A DNA stretch of 64,000 nucleotides from an uncultured bacterium (GCA_943787795.1 CALSNU010000004.1:640001-704000); one strand, 5' to 3'; positions 53,388 to 63,088 are shown, counted from the stretch's first letter. Numbers and translations: made by a program. The notes: generated by a model from the letters alone, not told the origin.

Positions 53388-53896
53388 GACCTCACCTCCA
53401 TGGCCCCGTCCGACTCCAGGAGCCGCCGGAGCTCCGTCCTCGCTCGCCGCAGCCGCCCCTCGACGGCGCGCTCCCCGATCCCCAGGAGGGCGCCAATCTC
53501 GGCCAGCCCGCTGCCCTCCACGTAGCGCATCATCAGGACCTCCCGCCAGGACTCCTGGAGCCGCCCCACCGCCGCGAGGACCGGCCCCGCCTCGGCCTCG
53601 GGCCGGGCGTCGACCGCCTCCCGATCCAGGGCGTCCCGGTCCTCCACGAGGATGAGCCGGTGGCCCCCGGAGCGGCGGCGCGCCCCGGCGCGCAGGAGGT
53701 TCAGGGCGATGCCCCGCAGCCAGGCGCCGACCGCGCCGTCGTCCTCCCAGCTCCCCTCGAACCGCTCCCGGCCCAGGTAGGCCTCCGAGAAGGCGTCCTG
53801 GGCCAACTCCACAGCGTCCGCCGGGCTCGCGCCCCGCGCACCGAGCAGCCCTACCAGGGGCCCGCGCCAGCGGTCGATGATCCGATCGAGGTCCAT
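53384..53896 (-). CDS. ECF RNA polymerase sigma-70 factor
   Basis: DAVELAQDAF, AWLRGIALN, REVLMMRYVEG..LAEIG..LG...VEGRLRRAR. Confidence 0.9.
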   Translation of the reverse strand: MDLDRIIDRWRGPLVGLLGARGASPADAVELAQDAFSEAYLGRERFEGSWEDDGAVGAWLRGIALNLLRAGARRRSGGHRLILVEDRDALDREAVDARPEAEAGPVLAAVGRLQESWREVLMMRYVEGSGLAEIGALLGIGERAVEGRLRRARTELRRLLESDGAMEVRS

Positions 53897-54025
53897 GTCA
53901 CCCCCATTGTCGCGGCGCCCCCCCGAACCCACGCGGATCTTCCGAAGAACCGCAGATCCCGCTCGAAGGACCCCCAGGGCTGCCCGAGCGCGCCGCAGCG
54001 CGTCGGGCGAGCTCGCGCTAGGGAC

Positions 54026-54165
54026 CGCTTCAGCGGCCCATCCCTTGGCCGGGCCCTGGGCCGAGGCCTAGGCCGGGGCGGTCATCGCCCCTCCCTTCTG
54101 TTCCCCTTCAACCACCCCCCACGATCCGCTGCTCCGCCAAGTGGCAGCTTGGATCGCTTATCCAC
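54026..54165 (+). mobile_element. IS91/ISCR-like ori-end remnant, copy A (~140 bp)
   Basis: Matches the region 3' of the transposase fragment in copies B and C; ends CTGCTCCGCCAAGTGGCAGCTTGGATCGCTTATCCAC. Confidence 0.8.
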
Positions 54166-54275
54166 CGGCAAGCCGCAGAGCACGCGCGGCCTGAGCCGGC
54201 GCCCGAGACGGCGCCTGATTCGGAGCCTCGGATGGCGCCTGAGATGGCGACCGAGGCGATGCTCGGCCGCGGCCC

Positions 54276-54711
54276 TCAGCCGTTCGGGGCGACGTCCTCG
54301 AGGTAGCCCGCGACCCACTCGCGGGCCGTGGCAGAGCGCTCCCCCGCGGGTGACCCGGACCGTGGAGCCCGCGCTGACGGGGAGCCCGGAGCCGAAGTCG
54401 ATGTGGTTGTCCCCGGCGCGCCCGGCGAGGTCCAGGTGGACGCCGTCGATGGTCAGCTGGGTAGAGCTAAAGGTCTCCTCGTGCCAGTCGCAGCCGCCGA
54501 GGCCCGTCAGGACGAGGATGCGCCCCTCGGGGACGACGAAGGGCGGGGACGAGCCGTCGATCCAGACGAGGTCCGCCGCGGCGGGGCGCCCGCTCCCGTG
54601 GGGCGTGCCGTATCCGCTGCCGGCCTGCGGGGCGAAGGCGGTCAGTCCGCCGAGGGTGAGGGCGAAGGCGGCGCCGAGGGCCGCGCTGCCGAGGTCGAGG
54701 GTGAGCTTCAT
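54276..54711 (-). CDS. Small secreted hypothetical protein with apparent +1 frameshift at 54341-54345
   Basis: MKLTLDLGSAALGAAFALTLGGLTAFA leader; removing one base gives ...TRGERSATAREWVAGYLEDVAPNG*. Confidence 0.5.
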
Positions 54712-54889
54712 GGATCCAGGGTACCGAAGGACGTGGCCAGCGAGCGGGCCGCGGGCGGGAGGGGCCCGACCGGTGCCACCGGCACTCAGCACCGCGAGGC
54801 CTCCGCACGGCCAGACCTCAGTTCCGGCAGACCTCGGTAGCGCTGGGTCTCAGCACCGCTTTACCTCAGTACCCGCCCCGCCCAGCCCT

Positions 54890-55687
54890 CGCCCCCCCCC
54901 ACCCTCGCCAGGGGCCGCCTCGAGGTCCGCGGGGACGGCCGGGTCAAGTGGACCCTCCGCCGCCCCTGGCGCGACGGCACGCGGGCCTTCGTCTTCGACC
55001 CCCTCACCTTCCTCGAGCGCCTCGTCGCCCTGGTCCCCCACCCGCGCGAGCACCAGTGGACCTACTTCGGCGTCCTCGCCCCCGCCTCGCCCCTGCGCGA
55101 TGCCGTCGTCCCCCGCCGCACCGTCCCCTCCCCCGCGCCAGGCATCGGCGAGGCCGAGCCCGAAGCTGAGCCCTGCGCCAAGGCACAGCGCCAGAGCTGG
55201 GCCGAACTCCTCCAGCGGACCTTCGCGGTGGACGTGCTGCGCTGCCCCACGTGCGGCGGCCGCCGCCACCGCGTCGCCACCCTCACCGACCCGCTCGTCG
55301 CGCGCCGGATCCTCAAGCACCTGCGTCTCCGCGCCGAGCCCCCACCCCTCGCGCCCGCCCGACCCGAGCCCCAGCTGCGCTTCGCCTGATCCGCCGCCCC
55401 AGGGCCACCGCAGCGCGCCCCCATCAACGCCGACGCCCCTCCCCTGAGGGCGCCGGCTGAATTTCATGCCCCGACAGGCCGGCGGCGAGGCGCATGGCGG
55501 GGGTTTCCCCGCATTGCCCGTTGCGAGGCTAGCCATTCTCCCCCACCGTCGATCATAGATCGCTTCAGCGGCCCCTCCCTGGGCCGGGCCCTCGGCCGGG
55601 GCGGTCCACGCCCCTCCCTTCTGTTCCCCTTCAACCACCCCCACGATCCGCTGCTCCGCCAAGTGGCAGCTTGGATCGCTTATCCAC
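54890..55687 (+). mobile_element. IS91/ISCR-like element 3' remnant, copy B: transposase C-terminal fragment (stop 55389) plus ori end
   Basis: Hand translation LARGRLEVRGDGRVKWTLRRPWRDGTRAFVFDPLTFLERLVALVPHPREHQWTYFGVLAPAS...SWAELLQRTFAVDVLRCPTCGGR...ILKHL matches the ISCR/IS91 transposase C-terminus; no start codon or N-terminal half. Confidence 0.88.
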
Positions 55688-55815
55688 CGAGCACGTCGAC
55701 CTTCTCCATGGAGCTGTCGTCGTCGCGGTCCTCCCACTTGTCGGAGAGGGAGTACATGGCCCTTGGCGCTGGCGCCCTGGATCTCCTTGGCGAGCTCCTG
55801 ATGGTCCATCTCCAG

Positions 55816-56214
55816 CTATCCACTGTTCAGCTCGTCGAGCTGGAGCTCAACGAGGGCATGGCCGCGCAAGTGCATCGCGTTGAAGCGGCGCGCAAGAGCA
55901 GCGGCCCGCTCGAGCCAGCGTGCAACCGTGTTCCAGGAGAGTCCCTCGAGACGCGCGATGGCTGACTTGTTGACGCCCTCGACGCTCAGGGCGGCGACGC
56001 GGTCGAACCGGGCCATGGAGTGCTGGATGCGTCCGTACGGCGTTCCAGTCCTGGCGCCGAAGGTCGTGTCGCACGCGGTGCAGCGGTACCGGCGTCGTCG
56101 TCCGCCCTTGACCTTGGAGTAGCCATGCAGGACGACGTTGCCCTCGTCGAGCCTGCCGTGCTGCTCGCACTCGTCGTTCGGGCAGGCCACTTGGGCCAGG
56201 GCCGCATTGCTCAT
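55816..56214 (-). pseudogene. Truncated IS1-family transposase (zinc ribbon + HTH, ends at the first DDE motif)
   Basis: CPNDEC...RYRCTACDTTF, GVNKSAIARLEGLSWNTVARWL, ELQLDEL then stop. Confidence 0.75.
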
Positions 56215-56508
56215 CTGGTCTCGCTCATGACGGCGCGAGTCTAGATCGGGCGCAACACAGGAGCCGCGTGGAGGTTACGCTCGATCTGCCACAGACGATG
56301 ACGGAAGCACCGCCTTGGCGGCAGAGAGCCTCGGCGGCCTGCGTGACGTGAAACGCGCCAGAAATTCGAGGGGGAAATTCTAGCTGGCGGGGCTGCAGCA
56401 CGAAGGCCTAGCGTGAAGACGCGGCGTGAATGTAGCCGCCCAAGTCCTGTCGCCCGACGGCCTCGCGCGTCGTTGTTCACGAAGAACAAACTGCCCTCAT
56501 CGCTCTCC

Positions 56509-59500
56509 ATGAAGCTGCCCCTCGTACTGCTAACACTCGCTGCCCTCCAGAGCACACTCGCCGCCTCCCCTCAGCGTCCAACGCTGCTCCCTGGCCAATC
56601 GAACTGGACGCCTTCACTCGAGGATGGGCCGCTGGCGACCTCTGACATGTCTGCGAACTCGGCCCAGAGCCTCGTGGACTTCCTGACGGCGCCCGGTGTC
56701 GTCACGGCGAACGCGAGCTTCCAGGGGGCGACCGTCGCAGGCGGAGTGTTCAACGGTGGCCTCGCGGCTTTCGGCATCGATAGCGGCGTCGTGCTCAGCT
56801 CCGGCAACGTCGCCACGATCGCTGGACCTCAGAATCAAGTGGATCTGGCCTCGACGTTCAACAACACGCCCGGCCTTCCTGGCACAGGCACCAACGACGC
56901 GGCCATCCTCGAGTTCACGGTCCAGAGTCCCACGGCAGATGTCATCTCGCTCCAGTTCATCTTCGCCTCGGAGGAGTACAGTGAGTTTGCGAATAGAGGC
57001 ATCAACGATGCGTTCTTGTGCCTTGTCAACGGCGTCAACTACGCGAAAGTACCCGGGACCAACTCGCCAATCTCGATCGATAACGTCAACTGCGGCTGCT
57101 CCACTGAATGCTTTGTCGGCCCGACATCGGGCGTCAACTGCCAGTATTTCATCGAGAACGACTGTGACGAGCTGGGGCTACCCTTCCCATGCTCCAACTT
57201 CCCCACCGAGATGGATGGGTTCACCACTCTCCTGACCATGACGGCTCCGATCGCCGCGGGGAGCAACTCTATTCAGCTCAGCGTGGCCGACGGCGTGGAC
57301 TTCATCGGCGACTCGGTGGTCCTGCTCCGGGAGGGGAGCCTGATGCTAGGCACTCCTGTCCCCGAGTTCACGCAGTCAACCCCGTGCGGCCAGGTGCTCT
57401 CCGTTCGCGAGGGCGAACTCCTTGAATTCGGGGTCTCAGCGGTCGCCCGAAACGGGCAGGTCAACCAGGACGTACGCATCGACCTTGTGTCGCCGCCCGG
57501 CGCTCTCAGTGGAGCGACCTTCGATCCGCCCCTGGGGACTCCCGGCCAACCGGCAGTGACTCAAGTTAGCTGGACACCATCCGCGGCGGACGTTGGACTT
57601 CAACTCGTGCGCTTCCGCGCCACGGATCAGCTCGGCGTTACCAGTGACTGCGAATTCCAGATCCTGGTCGAACCCACACCGCCCTTCGTCCCTTGTGAGG
57701 AGCGCCTGGCTGCGTCTTCAGAGCAGGCGCTGGACCGCCAGGGCACACAGGTTGACTACTCCGATGGTCGATCGATCCTCGGGTCCCCCGAGCGATCGGG
57801 CGCCGGGATGGTGACCATCCACGAGGAGATAGATAGCGTCTGGACCGAGGTGGCCGACATCCCCCACCCGGCACCCTCCGGTACCAACGATGTATTCGGA
57901 TGGTCCGTCGCCATTGATGGAGATTGGGCGGTCGTCGGCGCTCCGTTCGAGGGGACCGCGCAGGCGTTCAACGGGCCAGGAGCCACTTATGTATTCCGCC
58001 GGGACGCCAACGGAACCTGGGCGCTCTGGCAGCAACTCCTGCGCTCGGGGACGCAAACCCAGGACGACCGGTTTGGCTTCAGCGTGGACGTCACGGGCGA
58101 CTTCCTCGCGGTCGGCGCCTTCGGCGACAGCCAGGGAGGCGCGAACAACGGAGCCGTGTACGTCTATCGGCTCGTCAACGGGAGCACCTGGGTCTTCGAG
58201 GACAAGCTCCTCGCCACGCCGCTCCAGAACCAGCAGACCATCCGACTCGGAACCGGGGTCGCGATCGATGGCGGGACGGTGATCTCGGGGGCCCCATACG
58301 AGGACATCAACGGGCTCCAGAGCGCAGGTGCGGCCTACGTGTTCGAACGACAGACCAACTCGACGTGGGTCCAGTCCGCTCGCCTGACCACGCCGACGCT
58401 CGCCAGCGGCACCTTCTTCGGGGTGACGGTGGACGCGTTCGGGTCGCGGGTCATCGTCGGTGCCGAAGGGGTGGGCGGAGTCGGCGCCGCGTTCATCCAC
58501 GAACGCGCGCTCGGCGGCGGCTGGGGGCTGGAGGGGACCCTGACCCCCCAGGTTCCCTCACAGAACCTCACCTTCGGACAGGGCGTCCGGCTCTACGGCG
58601 GCCGCGCCGCCGTGAACGCGCGCAACGCGAGCGTTCAAGGGCAGCCCGTGGCCGGCGCGGTCGAGATCTTCGAGCTCGACGCCTCACTGAACTGGACCTA
58701 CGTTCGCACCCTCGCGAAGACCATGCCGGCAGCCTTCGATGCCTTCGGAGCAGGCATCGGCCTCGGAGATGGGGTCGCAATCGTTGGCTGCCCCGGCGAC
58801 GACGCCTCCGGCCTCATCGACGCTGGCGCGGCTTACCTGTTCGACCTGGGCATCGCCGACTGCAACTCGAACGGCACGGCGGACTCCTGCGACCTGGCCC
58901 TCGGCACGAGCCTGGACTGCAACGGGAACCTGGTGCCCGACGAGTGCGACCTCGCGGCGGGCCTGGCCGACTGCAACGCCAACGGCGTCCTCGACTCCTG
59001 CGAGATCCAGTCCGGAAGCGCCTCGGATTGCAACGGCAACGGCATCCCCGACAGCTGTGACATCGCATCCGGCTTCGCGACGGACTGTGACGGCAACGGG
59101 GTCCCGGACGCCTGCGACATCGCGAGCGACCCGTCCCTCGACTGCAACGGGGACTCCGTGATCGACTCCTGCCAGCTCGCGACGCTGGACTGCAACGGCA
59201 ACGGCCAGCTGGATCCCTGCGAGACGGCCGCGGACCCGAGCATCGACCTGAACTCGAACTCGGTCCCGGACTCGTGCGAGGCCGTTGGCATTCTCTACTG
59301 CACCCCGAATGCACCGAACTCGGAGTTCACCGGAGGAGGAAAGATGAGCGCGATCGGTACCGCCAACGTGGTCGCCAACGACGTTCGGATCTTCGCTTCC
59401 GACCTTCCGACGAACGCCTTCGGATTCTTCATCGCCTCGCGTTCGCCAGGATTTGTGCCGTTCGCTGGCGGGTCTCAGGGCATCCTGTGCCTGGGTGGGA

Positions 59501-59712
59501 CGGTTGGCCGGTACCAGGGGCAGATTCAAAGCTCTGGGTCGCTCAACGCCTTCTCGATCCAGATCGACAATCGATCGATTCCGTTCCCGAACGGGCTCGG
59601 TTTCACGAGCGTCGCGCCCGGTGAGCGTTGGCACTTCCAGGCTTGGTACCGAGATAGCCTCGGTGGCGTCGCCACGAGCAACCTGACCGAGGGCCTCTTC
59701 ATTCAGTATTGA
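56509..59712 (+). CDS. Large secreted protein: choice-of-anchor L-like domain, Ig-like domain, FG-GAP repeats, DCNxNGxPDxCD repeats, shared C-terminal domain
   Basis: Signal peptide; FIFASEEYSEF..INDAF; FGWSVAIDG..VVGAP repeats; seven-plus DCNGNG repeats; WHFQAWYRD...SNLTEGLFIQY. Confidence 0.88.
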   Translation: MKLPLVLLTLAALQSTLAASPQRPTLLPGQSNWTPSLEDGPLATSDMSANSAQSLVDFLTAPGVVTANASFQGATVAGGVFNGGLAAFGIDSGVVLSSGNVATIAGPQNQVDLASTFNNTPGLPGTGTNDAAILEFTVQSPTADVISLQFIFASEEYSEFANRGINDAFLCLVNGVNYAKVPGTNSPISIDNVNCGCSTECFVGPTSGVNCQYFIENDCDELGLPFPCSNFPTEMDGFTTLLTMTAPIAAGSNSIQLSVADGVDFIGDSVVLLREGSLMLGTPVPEFTQSTPCGQVLSVREGELLEFGVSAVARNGQVNQDVRIDLVSPPGALSGATFDPPLGTPGQPAVTQVSWTPSAADVGLQLVRFRATDQLGVTSDCEFQILVEPTPPFVPCEERLAASSEQALDRQGTQVDYSDGRSILGSPERSGAGMVTIHEEIDSVWTEVADIPHPAPSGTNDVFGWSVAIDGDWAVVGAPFEGTAQAFNGPGATYVFRRDANGTWALWQQLLRSGTQTQDDRFGFSVDVTGDFLAVGAFGDSQGGANNGAVYVYRLVNGSTWVFEDKLLATPLQNQQTIRLGTGVAIDGGTVISGAPYEDINGLQSAGAAYVFERQTNSTWVQSARLTTPTLASGTFFGVTVDAFGSRVIVGAEGVGGVGAAFIHERALGGGWGLEGTLTPQVPSQNLTFGQGVRLYGGRAAVNARNASVQGQPVAGAVEIFELDASLNWTYVRTLAKTMPAAFDAFGAGIGLGDGVAIVGCPGDDASGLIDAGAAYLFDLGIADCNSNGTADSCDLALGTSLDCNGNLVPDECDLAAGLADCNANGVLDSCEIQSGSASDCNGNGIPDSCDIASGFATDCDGNGVPDACDIASDPSLDCNGDSVIDSCQLATLDCNGNGQLDPCETAADPSIDLNSNSVPDSCEAVGILYCTPNAPNSEFTGGGKMSAIGTANVVANDVRIFASDLPTNAFGFFIASRSPGFVPFAGGSQGILCLGGTVGRYQGQIQSSGSLNAFSIQIDNRSIPFPNGLGFTSVAPGERWHFQAWYRDSLGGVATSNLTEGLFIQY

Positions 59713-59800
59713 AACGGGTCTCCCCCGCCATGCGGCGCGCGCGTCCTTGTCACGCTCCGCAGCTGCGAGGAAGCCTCGACACGGCCGTGGACGATGGGGG

Positions 59801-59998
59801 GGCCCCGGCCAGCTGGTGAACTCCGGCTCCACGGGCACGGCCGCCCTCCCCATCGACCTCGGCGCCATGCCCACCCCCACCGGCCTGGTCGCCGCCACCC
59901 TCTTCTCCACCTGGCACTTCCAGCTCTGGCACCGCGACGGCGTCAACGGCCAGAGCACCTCCAACTTCGCGGACGCCGTCGCGGTAACGTTCCAGTAG
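59801..59998 (+). pseudogene. Orphan 3' half of the shared C-terminal domain
   Basis: GPGQLVNSGSTG...IDLGAMPTPTG...TWHFQLWHRD...SNFADAVAVTFQ*, with no upstream gene body. Confidence 0.8.
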
Positions 59999-60048
59999 GC
60001 GGAGGCCGGACGGAAGAGAAGAGGAGCGACGAGCAGCCGTCGGGGAGA

Positions 60049-60753
60049 GTACGGAGTCGTAGCAACTATCGCGCACAACTCCGCCCTCGTCGCCCTGGTC
60101 CCCCACCCGCGCGAGCACCAGTGGACCTACTTCGGCGTCCTCGCCCCCGCCTCGCCCCTGCGCGATGCCGTCGTCCCCCGCCGCACCGTCCCCTCCCCCG
60201 GGCCAGGCATCGGCGAGGCCGAGCCCGAAGCTGAGCCCTGCGCCAAACCACAGCGCCAGAGCTGGGCCGAGCTCCTCCAGCGGACCTTCGCGGTGGACGT
60301 GCTGCGCTGCCCCACGTGCGGCGGCCGCCGCCACCGCGTCGCCACCCTCACCGACCCGCTCGTCGCGCGCCGGATCCTCAAGCACCTGCGTCTCCGCGCC
60401 GAGCCCCCACCCCTCGCGCCCGCCCGACCCGAGCCCCAGCTGCGCTTCGCCTGATCCGCCGCCCCAGGCCCACCGCAGCGCGCCCCGATCGACGCCGACG
60501 TCCCTCCCCTGAGGGCGCCGGCTCAACTTCGTGGCCCGCCAGGCCGGCGGCGAGGCCCAGGGTGGGGAGTTTTCCCGCATTGCCCGTTGCGAGGCTAGCT
60601 ATTCTCCCCCACAGTCGGTCATAGATCGCTTCAGCGGCCCCTCCCTGGGCCGGGCCCTCGGCCGGGGCGGGCATCGCCCCTCCCTCCTGTTCTCCTTCAA
60701 CCACCCCCACGATCCGCTGCTCCGCCAAGTGGCAGCTTGGATCGCTTATCCAC
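60049..60753 (+). mobile_element. Internally deleted IS91/ISCR-like element, copy C (putative ter end + transposase 3' fragment + ori end)
   Basis: Starts with 31-bp GTACGGAGTCGTAGCAACTATCGCGCACAAC (also in copy D), joined after 5 bp to sequence near-identical to 55020-55687. Confidence 0.85.
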
Positions 60754-60803
60754 TTCTGAGTGTGGCTAAATTGAACTACCAAAATGCGCCGGGCAGGCGT
60801 TCT

Positions 60804-61244
60804 ATGGCTACGGCGTACGTGATGTTCGCTTTGGCGTCGGGAACAGTGGCGTTCCAAAGCACAATGGCATCCTCCAGCGTCTCGGAGAAAGTATCCGCCA
60901 GAACTTTTGAAGTGCTCAACGCTGACGGGAATGTAGCGGCACGCATCGGTGCGAACGAGTTTGGGGGGACTTTCGAACTATTTAGAACAGACAAGGGAGA
61001 AGAACCGCGAGCTATCATCTGGGCCGGTTCGATGCTACCTGGTGGAGCGGAGATCATGGTCACTGCACCGGATGAGAGCGAGTCCAGCGTCTATCTCTCA
61101 GTGAGCGGCGAGCCTGCGACCCCATCTATCTCGGGTACGTTTGGGAAGACAACACCGAGTTTCAAAATAGGCTCTCGGAATGATGATTACCCCGTTCTTA
61201 AGCTGTGGAATGCCGACGGAAAAACAGTTCGCTTCGAGAAGTGA
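60804..61244 (+). CDS. Low-GC hypothetical exported protein (possibly 5'-truncated)
   Basis: Hydrophobic N-terminus, then KVSARTFEVLNADGNVAARIG beta-rich region; GC content visibly lower than the host. Confidence 0.55.
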   Translation: MATAYVMFALASGTVAFQSTMASSSVSEKVSARTFEVLNADGNVAARIGANEFGGTFELFRTDKGEEPRAIIWAGSMLPGGAEIMVTAPDESESSVYLSVSGEPATPSISGTFGKTTPSFKIGSRNDDYPVLKLWNADGKTVRFEK

Positions 61245-61505
61245 CCGTACGTAGTGGTTTCGGTGGTGTTTTTTTCTAGGCCGAGCGTACCAGCTCCATT
61301 CCTGTAGGATTAGGATTAATTCTTCTGCTGCTAGCCAAAAACATCAGCACGACAAACTCTACTAACAATCGTCTGGTCTCTACTACTTTTGCATGATGGA
61401 CGATGCTGCTAATCAGAACCTCTGGATATCTGTAGGCGGTGAGGCAACCCCAGGATAGTGGTCCAGCAGTTCTTGAAGATCTCGACTAGTACGAGACCTT
61501 GAACG

Positions 61506-61654
61506 GTGGATAAGCGATCCAAGCTGCCACTTGGCGGAGCAGGGGGTCGTGGGGGTGGTTGAAGGAGAACAGAAGGGAGGGGCGATGACCGCCCCGGGCC
61601 GACGGGATAGACCGGCACCGGGCGTTGTGCGCGATAGTTGCTACGACTCCGTAC
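61506..61654 (-). mobile_element. 149-bp non-autonomous mini IS91-like element, copy D (ter + ori ends only), inverted
   Basis: Reverse complement starts with the 31-bp end of copy C and finishes with the 37-bp ori terminus. Confidence 0.82.
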
Positions 61655-61658
61655 GTCC

Positions 61659-61874
61659 CTGACCAGCGTCACCAAGACGTGCGTACGCGCCGGCCTCCGT
61701 TACCCAACTCGACTCAAGATGTAGAGCAAATCACGACAACACGAACGCGCCCCCGCATCGACCATCGAAGTTGAAGGCCCGAAGCGGGGGCGCTCAAGGC
61801 AGCAGTTACGAGCGAACGTTCAACAGTGCCAAGGTATGTCCGTCAACGAGGGTTGACAGGTCCATCCACATCAG
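61659..61874 (+). repeat. 216-bp structured non-coding element, copy 1 (IS110/IS1111 end-like)
   Basis: Reverse complement of 63301-63515 except one extra C; ends TTGACAGGTCCATCCACATCAG; 10-bp stem GCGCCCCCGC/GCGGGGGCGC. Confidence 0.9.
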
Positions 61875-61909
61875 TGAAACGTCACCGCCAGACCGTTCGA
61901 GAAATTGCC
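61871..61909 (-). pseudogene. 13-codon remnant resembling the terminus of the shared C-terminal domain
   Basis: Minus strand reads GNFSNGLAVTFH*; the TGA lies within the first bases of the 216-bp element. Confidence 0.6.
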
Positions 61910-62071
61910 ATCGAGGAATTCCCCCCCCGACATATTTGGAGACTGGTAACCTCGAGCCAACGCTTCGGCTCGCAGGTTCTGGGCACTTCAGCATCTCGCG
62001 GCAGCCGAAACGTCCCTCTCTCGGCCACTCTTCAGTAGAGAGGCTGCCTCCGTACCTGCTCTGAGAACACT

Positions 62072-63088
62072 ATGAAGCTCTCCCTTCTCGCCATCGCGTT
62101 CGCGACCCTGCCCTCCCTGGCCCAGGCTCAGCTGATCCCCGACCGCGCGACGCTAAACGCGATCCTCGGCGGCGGCCAGACCCTCGAGGACTTCGAGGCG
62201 TTCAACGTCGCGGCCACCCAGGCAATGGGCATCGGGGTGATTATTCTCGACGATAGCACTCTCGCAGCTGGCCAAGGTCCCGGCCTCGTGGCACCCGGAG
62301 TCAGCTATGAGTGCGCCAACAACCAGCTGCAGTGGAACGGTGACATGTACTTTGGAATGGGTACCAAGACGTTCCTTGCCTTCGCCAGCGCCGGCGGGCA
62401 ACTCGACTTCCGGTACACGGCCCCCGTCACTGCCATGGGCGTGGACGTGACCAACTTCGAGGGGTTCGGGTTCACCGGACAGGCAACCATCAGGGACGTT
62501 GCCGGTGCGGTGGTGGGTACCGTGCCCTTCACCTTGAACGGCGGTCCCAACGAGCGGGTATTCGTCGGCTGGCAGCATGCCGGCGGGATCGGCCGCGTCG
62601 AGATCCAGAGCCCCGACTTCCCATGGAGCCCCGTGGTGGACGACCACGGCTACGGCGGCGGCGTGGGCCTTGGCACGAACTACTGCGGACCCGCCGCTCC
62701 GAATAGCACTGGCTCGCCTGCAACGATCACCGCGAGCGGTTCGAATAGCGCCGCAGCGAACGACCTCACTCTCACCGCAGGTTCTCTGCCGGCCAACTCG
62801 TTCGGCTACTTCCTGAACTCTCAGACCCAAGACCACGTCGTCAACGCCGGGGGAAGCCAAGGCACCTTGTGCCTGGGCGGCACGGTCGGCCGGCACAACG
62901 TGTCCGTGCTGAATTCGGGGGCGGTCGGAACCTATGCGTTGGCCCTGAACCTCACGGCTTTGCCGCAGCCGACGGCGACGGTAGCCGTCATGGCAGGCGA
63001 GACCTGGAATTTTCAGTCGTGGTACCGCGACGCGAACCCGGGGGTGACGAGCAACTTCACGGACGCCGTGAGCGTGACGTTCCAGTGA
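62072..63088 (+). CDS. Secreted protein with shared C-terminal domain
   Basis: MKLSLLAIAFATLPSLAQA leader; GTNYCGPAAPNSTG...GGSQGTLCLGG...WNFQSWYRD...SNFTDAVSVTFQ*. Confidence 0.88.
   Translation: MKLSLLAIAFATLPSLAQAQLIPDRATLNAILGGGQTLEDFEAFNVAATQAMGIGVIILDDSTLAAGQGPGLVAPGVSYECANNQLQWNGDMYFGMGTKTFLAFASAGGQLDFRYTAPVTAMGVDVTNFEGFGFTGQATIRDVAGAVVGTVPFTLNGGPNERVFVGWQHAGGIGRVEIQSPDFPWSPVVDDHGYGGGVGLGTNYCGPAAPNSTGSPATITASGSNSAAANDLTLTAGSLPANSFGYFLNSQTQDHVVNAGGSQGTLCLGGTVGRHNVSVLNSGAVGTYALALNLTALPQPTATVAVMAGETWNFQSWYRDANPGVTSNFTDAVSVTFQ

Noticed and set aside
53660..55809. ORFs 53660..55447 and 54850..55809 as genes
   Set aside because: Low-complexity off-frame readings across the sigma gene and transposase remnant; the meaningful frame is the start-less transposase fragment.
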